Shown here: in pieces, positions 59,265-64,000 of the stretch
Layout of the letters: every line of letters starts with the position of its first letter
How positions within the stretch are numbered: position 1 is the stretch's first letter
Assembly (NCBI GenBank): GCA_003228105.1
Contig: QGNN01000001.1
Location: forward strand, 6,761-70,760
Reading direction: 5' to 3'
From: Chloroflexota bacterium
Lineage (GTDB): Bacteria > Chloroflexota > Dehalococcoidia > Lucifugimonadales > UBA826
Length of the DNA stretch: 64,000 nucleotides
Notes under the pieces: model-generated
What the model was told of the DNA's origin: nothing
What the model saw: the letters and a program-made list of their open reading frames with translations, nothing else
Database searches by the model: none
Translations under genes and position numbers: made by a program

Positions 59265-61552
59265 CGGTCAATCTCAAAAATTGCAGCACTACCTATATTT
59301 CCAAACACCAATGTGCCGAGAGATTGGAATTTCTCTAATTGTGTAGAGGTATAACGAGTCATTTCAAGATTACCGACATAAATGAAACTAATGTCATATT
59401 TTTCCAATAATGATTTTGCTTGTGCAAGGTCCTCAGTAGAATATATCGTCTCTACGTCTGCGGCTCTTTGATATATATCAGGATTAGAATTTCGCCATTG
59501 ACTTTCATGGCCCGGCCAGTTTACTAAATTTGGGATACCGGTATTTCGGGAGATAAATCCGGAACTGTCCCATTCACCGACGGATTCTAGTATTACCTGG
59601 TTAAGACTTATGTTTTGTTTGGCGTAATTAAGAGCCGATGCCTCTAAACCTGTTGGCTTTACGCTCGAATTTTTAAAGCCTGAAATACTAGATTCGTTAA
59701 TTTTAGTCATAGTGGCAGCTGGGGGATAGTAGAAGGCACATAAAATAATTATGCCGGCAATAAATGTATAAATATATTTGAGAAATTTTTGAGGCCGTAT
59801 ATATCCGGCTAGCCAATAATATGCCGAGTAGCTTCCACAGATTGATAGTAGTATCCAAGCTGGGTAGTAGAGCTTGAAAACTGTGTTCATGCGATTTCCA
59901 TATACGTCTCCGACGTAAAAAAGTTCTGGTATCAATATCAGAAACATTGATAAAGAGAAAAGCGAAAGAACTAGGCTTCTATCGCTTAGTCCCTCTCTGG
60001 CTGTCAGAGTTAACAAAGTCAACATGGAAATGAAACATAAAATAGTTACAGGGAAAGCAAAACCAATCATGCTAGGCCCATCAGAATTAATACTGGCTTC
60101 AGGGATCAAAAACCTTATCAACCAAGGTGTGCTGACTACTGCAAAGGAAATACTCACGTGGTATTTCCAAGCTGTACTGATAGGGGTTGTCCAAAAAGTG
60201 CTCACTATTTTAGGGATTGAAAGTATTAATAAAGGACCCCATATCACGAAACCATGGGTAATCGATGTTTGATATTGAGTCCTTGCTAACCCATCTATGT
60301 CTGACTGAAAAGACGACAGGTAAGGCAGAAGCACAAGCCCACCTATGACGAATATCAATGAAGTAGATTGCGCTAATTTAATCGGATTAAGAGCGGTATT
60401 TGAAAGCCAATGCAGGCCATATACCCCAAAAATTATGGCTATGCAGATAGGGGCTGTCCACATATTGATAAAACTCACACACCCTAACATTACTCCTGCC
60501 AATGCAACTTCCAGCCAATACGTTACCCCAAGGGGTTTGGTTAAGTCTTTTTTGGATAAATCATAAGCAATGTATATAAAAGCCAATAAAAATGGTGTGA
60601 CCATAACGTGCGGATGAAGATCTCCGAGAAGATAGCTAAAGAAAGGGAACTCATTGATGGTGTAATCAAATCCCTGGCCCTCACATGCGGGACCAAAATA
60701 GTTGATTATTCTTGAACTCCTAAACCACCACCAAAATTCAGTTGGTCTCCAGCTGTCTATCGTATTGATTACTGGATTTTGCATTCCATCGATGCAAACT
60801 CGTTGCCAAAAGCTGGATGATCCAATTGAATTAATTCTTAAAAACTCTAAAAAACCCTGTAAATTTCCCATGAAGACTGCTGTGAGTGATGCAATCACAC
60901 CGCATGAAATTGTGAGGAAATCGAATTTCATGCGGGAGAATTTTAAAAGTATTGAAGTTAGTGCAAATACTGAAGACGCGGTCATCGCAGGTATTGCAAC
61001 CACCGAGAGATTATATGTGGCTACCGTTGGAATTAATGAAATTTTCGATAGTGTGCCAAATATCCAATAACCAAAATAATAATAACTGATGGTGCCACCA
61101 TAGAACCAAGGGTCAAGAGGCTGGCCGATGAAGGTTCTTGCCGATGAATTTAAAAAAGCGAAATCCATCGGTTGTTCTGTGTGATTTATGCCGGGGTCAA
61201 AGTATCTAATGCTAAAAAAAATTAGGTAGGTTAATAGGAACGTTAATTCTGTTAAAGAAATTATTCGCCAATTAGTTCTCACAATTTGTTTTAAGGCATT
61301 AGCTCGAATTGTGCCAATAATTAAAGAACATATAATTAACCCTATAAAAAACAGTATCGTTGTAATTTCGGTGGCCGGAATTATTTCGGAAATTGAAATT
61401 AACCATGTCGCGAGAGACAGGCATATGATGCCAAGGGGTTTGCTGATGGAATAACCCTTATCAGGTATCGTTCTAAAGATACTGAGAAAAATTACAAATG
61501 TGGCAAATCCCACAACCTCTATTAAAAGCAGCCATGTTATGCCGTACAACAT
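59261..61552 (-). CDS. Chlor_Arch_YYY (TIGR03662 / DUF2298) polytopic membrane protein
   Basis: 763 aa, strongly hydrophobic. The YYYFG motif is encoded at 61070-61084 (TAT TAT TAT TTT GGT on the minus strand), within GGTISYYYFGYWIFG. Confidence 0.75.
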   Translation of the reverse strand: MLYGITWLLLIEVVGFATFVIFLSIFRTIPDKGYSISKPLGIICLSLATWLISISEIIPATEITTILFFIGLIICSLIIGTIRANALKQIVRTNWRIISLTELTFLLTYLIFFSIRYFDPGINHTEQPMDFAFLNSSARTFIGQPLDPWFYGGTISYYYFGYWIFGTLSKISLIPTVATYNLSVVAIPAMTASSVFALTSILLKFSRMKFDFLTISCGVIASLTAVFMGNLQGFLEFLRINSIGSSSFWQRVCIDGMQNPVINTIDSWRPTEFWWWFRSSRIINYFGPACEGQGFDYTINEFPFFSYLLGDLHPHVMVTPFLLAFIYIAYDLSKKDLTKPLGVTYWLEVALAGVMLGCVSFINMWTAPICIAIIFGVYGLHWLSNTALNPIKLAQSTSLIFVIGGLVLLPYLSSFQSDIDGLARTQYQTSITHGFVIWGPLLILSIPKIVSTFWTTPISTAWKYHVSISFAVVSTPWLIRFLIPEASINSDGPSMIGFAFPVTILCFISMLTLLTLTAREGLSDRSLVLSLFSLSMFLILIPELFYVGDVYGNRMNTVFKLYYPAWILLSICGSYSAYYWLAGYIRPQKFLKYIYTFIAGIIILCAFYYPPAATMTKINESSISGFKNSSVKPTGLEASALNYAKQNISLNQVILESVGEWDSSGFISRNTGIPNLVNWPGHESQWRNSNPDIYQRAADVETIYSTEDLAQAKSLLEKYDISFIYVGNLEMTRYTSTQLEKFQSLGTLVFGNIGSAAIFEIDR

Positions 61553-61577
61553 TATGAAATCATATCTATTTTACTAT

Positions 61578-62501
61578 TTAGTCTATGATCCCAGAAATAA
61601 ATAAATCGGGATCGAAAACTGCAATGTCATCAGGCTGTTCCCCAGTCCCGACGAACCATATGGGGATTTTTAATTGATCAGCAATAGCTATTGCTATACC
61701 ACCTTTAGCAGTCCCATCTAATTTACTGAGGAATATTCCATCGGGGTTCACAAATCTTGTGAATTCAACAGCTTGAATTAGACCGTTTTGCCCAGTAGTA
61801 CCATCTATTACGAGGATAATTTTCACTGAGGATTCATCAGACTCCCTGATGATTATTTTTGATATTTTCTTGAGTTCTTCCATTAGATTAGATTTGCCTT
61901 GGAGCCTACCTGCAGTGTCGATGATGGCAACATCCATATTTCTACTTTTGGCGGCATGGATAGTGTCAAAAGCCACGGCCCCTGGGTCTGATCCTGGATC
62001 TTGAGCAATAACGGTAACCCCCAGCCTTTCCCCCCAAATTTGTATCTGGTCTACAGCTGCTGCACGAAAGGTGTCAGCGGCACCCAGTATTACCCTTTGA
62101 TTCAGACTTGTGAGTAAATGAGTCAATTTTGCTATCGATGTCGTTTTGCCTGCCCCATTCACACCGACCATAACGAAAACAGCCGGCTTCTGAGCACTAG
62201 CAAGGGGATCTTTGTCACTGAGGTCAAATATTTGCAACAATTCACTTCGGAGTTCCCTCAAACATTCTTTACCGGAGGATATGTTTTTTGCTTTTGCGTT
62301 TTCTTTGAGCCGGATAGCTATTTTTTCAGAGGTTTCTATTCCAATATCCGCCGAAATCAATGTATCTTGTAGATCCTCCCAGAATTCAGAATCCAATTCA
62401 GAATGTTTGAACAGGTCTCCCAGTTGGCCAAGTAAACTGACGCGAGTTTTTTCAAGAGATTCCCTTAATTTGGCAGGGTTTCTTTTTTTTAAAATGTTCA
62501 T
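61578..62501 (-). CDS. ftsY: signal recognition particle receptor FtsY
   Basis: 307 aa NG domain with GVNGAGKTTSIAKL, DTAGR and SKLDGTAKGG. Confidence 0.9.
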   Translation of the reverse strand: MNILKKRNPAKLRESLEKTRVSLLGQLGDLFKHSELDSEFWEDLQDTLISADIGIETSEKIAIRLKENAKAKNISSGKECLRELRSELLQIFDLSDKDPLASAQKPAVFVMVGVNGAGKTTSIAKLTHLLTSLNQRVILGAADTFRAAAVDQIQIWGERLGVTVIAQDPGSDPGAVAFDTIHAAKSRNMDVAIIDTAGRLQGKSNLMEELKKISKIIIRESDESSVKIILVIDGTTGQNGLIQAVEFTRFVNPDGIFLSKLDGTAKGGIAIAIADQLKIPIWFVGTGEQPDDIAVFDPDLFISGIID

Positions 62502-62613
62502 TTGTAATATTTATCAAACTTTAAAACGGTCATAATGAATGGATTTAAATATCCAAAGTCGTTACGGAATTTTATCTTATATCGGAAACTATGTTTAAGA
62601 TCTTTATTTATAT

Positions 62614-62634
62614 TGTACTTCCAAATAATGTACA
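62614..62634 (+). promoter_or_regulatory. LysR-type T-N11-A box (putative autoregulatory operator)
   Basis: TGTAC-N11-GTACA is a perfect dyad, 45 nt upstream of the LysR-family ATG. Confidence 0.4.
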
Positions 62635-62678
62635 CTATTGTGTATCAATATTTGGAATAAAGTTGAGATATTAACCTC

Positions 62679-63560
62679 ATGGAACTGAGAGAATTAAAGA
62701 GCTTTGTTGCAGCTGCCAGACTCCGAAGCATTTCTAAAGCTGCAAAAGAACTAAATATTGGCCAGCCGACTGTCACGACTCACATTAAGAAGCTGGAGAG
62801 AGAATTGTCAGTTCCTCTATTTGACAGGGTGACGAGACCTATTCGGCTTACCTTGACTGGCCAGACAATATATGAACTTTCCAATCCTCTTCTAGAGGGA
62901 ATAGATTCTTTATCATCGATAATTTCATTGGCAGAGGAAAGAGGCCCAGTAACTATTGCATCGACTCCGGATATTATTCCGCACACTTTACTTAATGTAG
63001 TACAGAAATTTAACGAGCTGTATCCGGCGGTGTATTTGAGAATTCAGTCAGCCAATAGAAATGAAGTAACCAATTTGGTACGGACAGGGGAAGTAGACAT
63101 TGGCATAATACAACACCCGGAAAGAGGGGATGATTTACATTTTGAGCCTTTATTTCTTTATGAGAGGGTGCTTATAGCGCCCAAAGGCCACGAATTGCTC
63201 TCAAGAAACATTCAGTCCCTGGAGCCAATTGCTAGGTATCCTTTAATTTTAATGGCTAAGGGTACTTATACTCGGACCATTCTAGAGGAACAGCTTCAGA
63301 AAAACGCTCTCAAATATGAGGTAATTATGGAATTAGAGAGCATGGACATGATAAAAAAATATGTGGCCCTTGGTATGGGGGTTTCAATAGGGCCAAGGTT
63401 GGCTATCGAAGACGATGATTTATCCCAGCTTGGTATGGTTTCGCTTGCTAATTTTTTACCAGTGGACCAGGCTGGAATACTGACGCTCCCAGGGAAAAAC
63501 ATATCAGATCCGGCCGAAAAATTTATGACAGTTATGAGAAAAATGCTGGTTACTAAATAG
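62679..63560 (+). CDS. LysR family transcriptional regulator
   Basis: 293 aa with the N-terminal wHTH MELRELKSFVAAARLRSISKAAKELNIGQPTVTTHIKKLE and a C-terminal substrate-binding domain. Confidence 0.85.
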   Translation: MELRELKSFVAAARLRSISKAAKELNIGQPTVTTHIKKLERELSVPLFDRVTRPIRLTLTGQTIYELSNPLLEGIDSLSSIISLAEERGPVTIASTPDIIPHTLLNVVQKFNELYPAVYLRIQSANRNEVTNLVRTGEVDIGIIQHPERGDDLHFEPLFLYERVLIAPKGHELLSRNIQSLEPIARYPLILMAKGTYTRTILEEQLQKNALKYEVIMELESMDMIKKYVALGMGVSIGPRLAIEDDDLSQLGMVSLANFLPVDQAGILTLPGKNISDPAEKFMTVMRKMLVTK

Positions 63561-64000
63561 TTATTCTATCGCTCCAACAAGGGTAGCTGTGACCAATTGC
63601 CTGTGGTCGTATATTGGTCTGTTGGAGCATGTCACTAAAATTATATTTTCCAGACCTGGATCGTATAATTTTAAGTTCGATTCATGAACTACTTCTGATT
63701 TTGTTACTTGGTACACAAGTTCCTTACCGGGTTTTCCTAAAGAGATTAGTACTTCATCACCGTTAATCAAATGCTCTGCAATTTCGGGTAAGTTATGGAA
63801 AACATTCCCCTCTCCCTTTAGCGGACTTTCTAGGTGACCAAAATACCATCCTGTAAAGGTGTCAGGTTGATTGGGAGATGACGGTATACGGCCTACTAAA
63901 TTCTTTGGGGTTTCGTAAACTTTATGGCCATCTTTTTCTACGATCCGTAAATTTGCTACAGGGGCTGTCAAGTTCAGTATCGGTATTGAGATTTTACCCG
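63561..64000 (-). CDS. sortase-family transpeptidase (5' end outside the window)
   Basis: The frame is open to the window edge (…GKISIPILNLTAPV, the usual I.IP.I...PV). It also has GH, F.NL....GDEV, YQV, the catalytic LVTC and a downstream Arg. Confidence 0.65.
   Translation of the reverse strand, partial: GKISIPILNLTAPVANLRIVEKDGHKVYETPKNLVGRIPSSPNQPDTFTGWYFGHLESPLKGEGNVFHNLPEIAEHLINGDEVLISLGKPGKELVYQVTKSEVVHESNLKLYDPGLENIILVTCSNRPIYDHRQLVTATLVGAIE

Noticed and set aside
1-64000. Search for CRISPR arrays, IS elements, integrases, prophage or defence-island signatures, including next to tRNA-Pro
   Set aside because: I saw no repeat-spacer periodicity, transposase or integrase motifs, or long terminal inverted repeats by eye. 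The tRNA-Pro is flanked by the cox operon and an MFS gene. An exhaustive repeat search could not be done without tools.

Overview
AT-rich, gene-dense chromosomal window. I call 53 CDS, 1 pseudogene and 1 tRNA. I saw no rRNA, CRISPR array, transposase or integrase. All homology calls are by-eye motif matches; nothing was searched or folded computationally.

Gene content is mostly housekeeping and core metabolism:
- thrS-infC-rpmI-rplT
- a complete Bacillus-type caa3 oxidase operon (ctaA-ctaB-ctaC-ctaD-ctaE-subunit IV-ctaG-SCO1)
- sdhA-sdhB plus an HdrB-like CCG subunit
- ilvBNC-leuACD behind a T-box leader
- fused accD/accA, ftsK, RNase J, family-4 UDG, aroE, mutS, ftsY
- a soluble NuoE/F/G-like module plus a ferredoxin-NADP reductase-like gene

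Positions 1-15 kb are more accessory. They hold selB, a decayed enolase-superfamily pseudogene, a thiolase-like/DUF35 pair, DUF971, an RdhA/QueG-like Fe-S protein, a tandem-fused family III CoA-transferase and a GT-C glycosyltransferase with C-terminal PA14-like domains.

Lineage inference: monoderm Chloroflexota, possibly a marine Dehalococcoidia/SAR202-like organism. This rests on the Chlor_Arch_YYY/TIGR03663 pair, the T-box on ilv-leu, the sortase, the RdhA-like gene and the CoA-transferase/enolase paralogs.

Most notable items:
1. A selenoprotein gene missed by the ORF track (8954-9229). It is Rdx/SelW-like, with an in-frame TGA in a CxxU motif and its own promoter, RBS and terminator, and it lies 5 kb from selB.
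2. A Leu (CUC) T-box riboswitch upstream of ilvB.
3. A function-unknown GT-C membrane cluster (Chlor_Arch_YYY + TIGR03663 + flippase-like + FAD oxidoreductase, 54.6-61.6 kb).
4. infC apparently initiating at AUA.

I found no clearly novel defence or mobile system.
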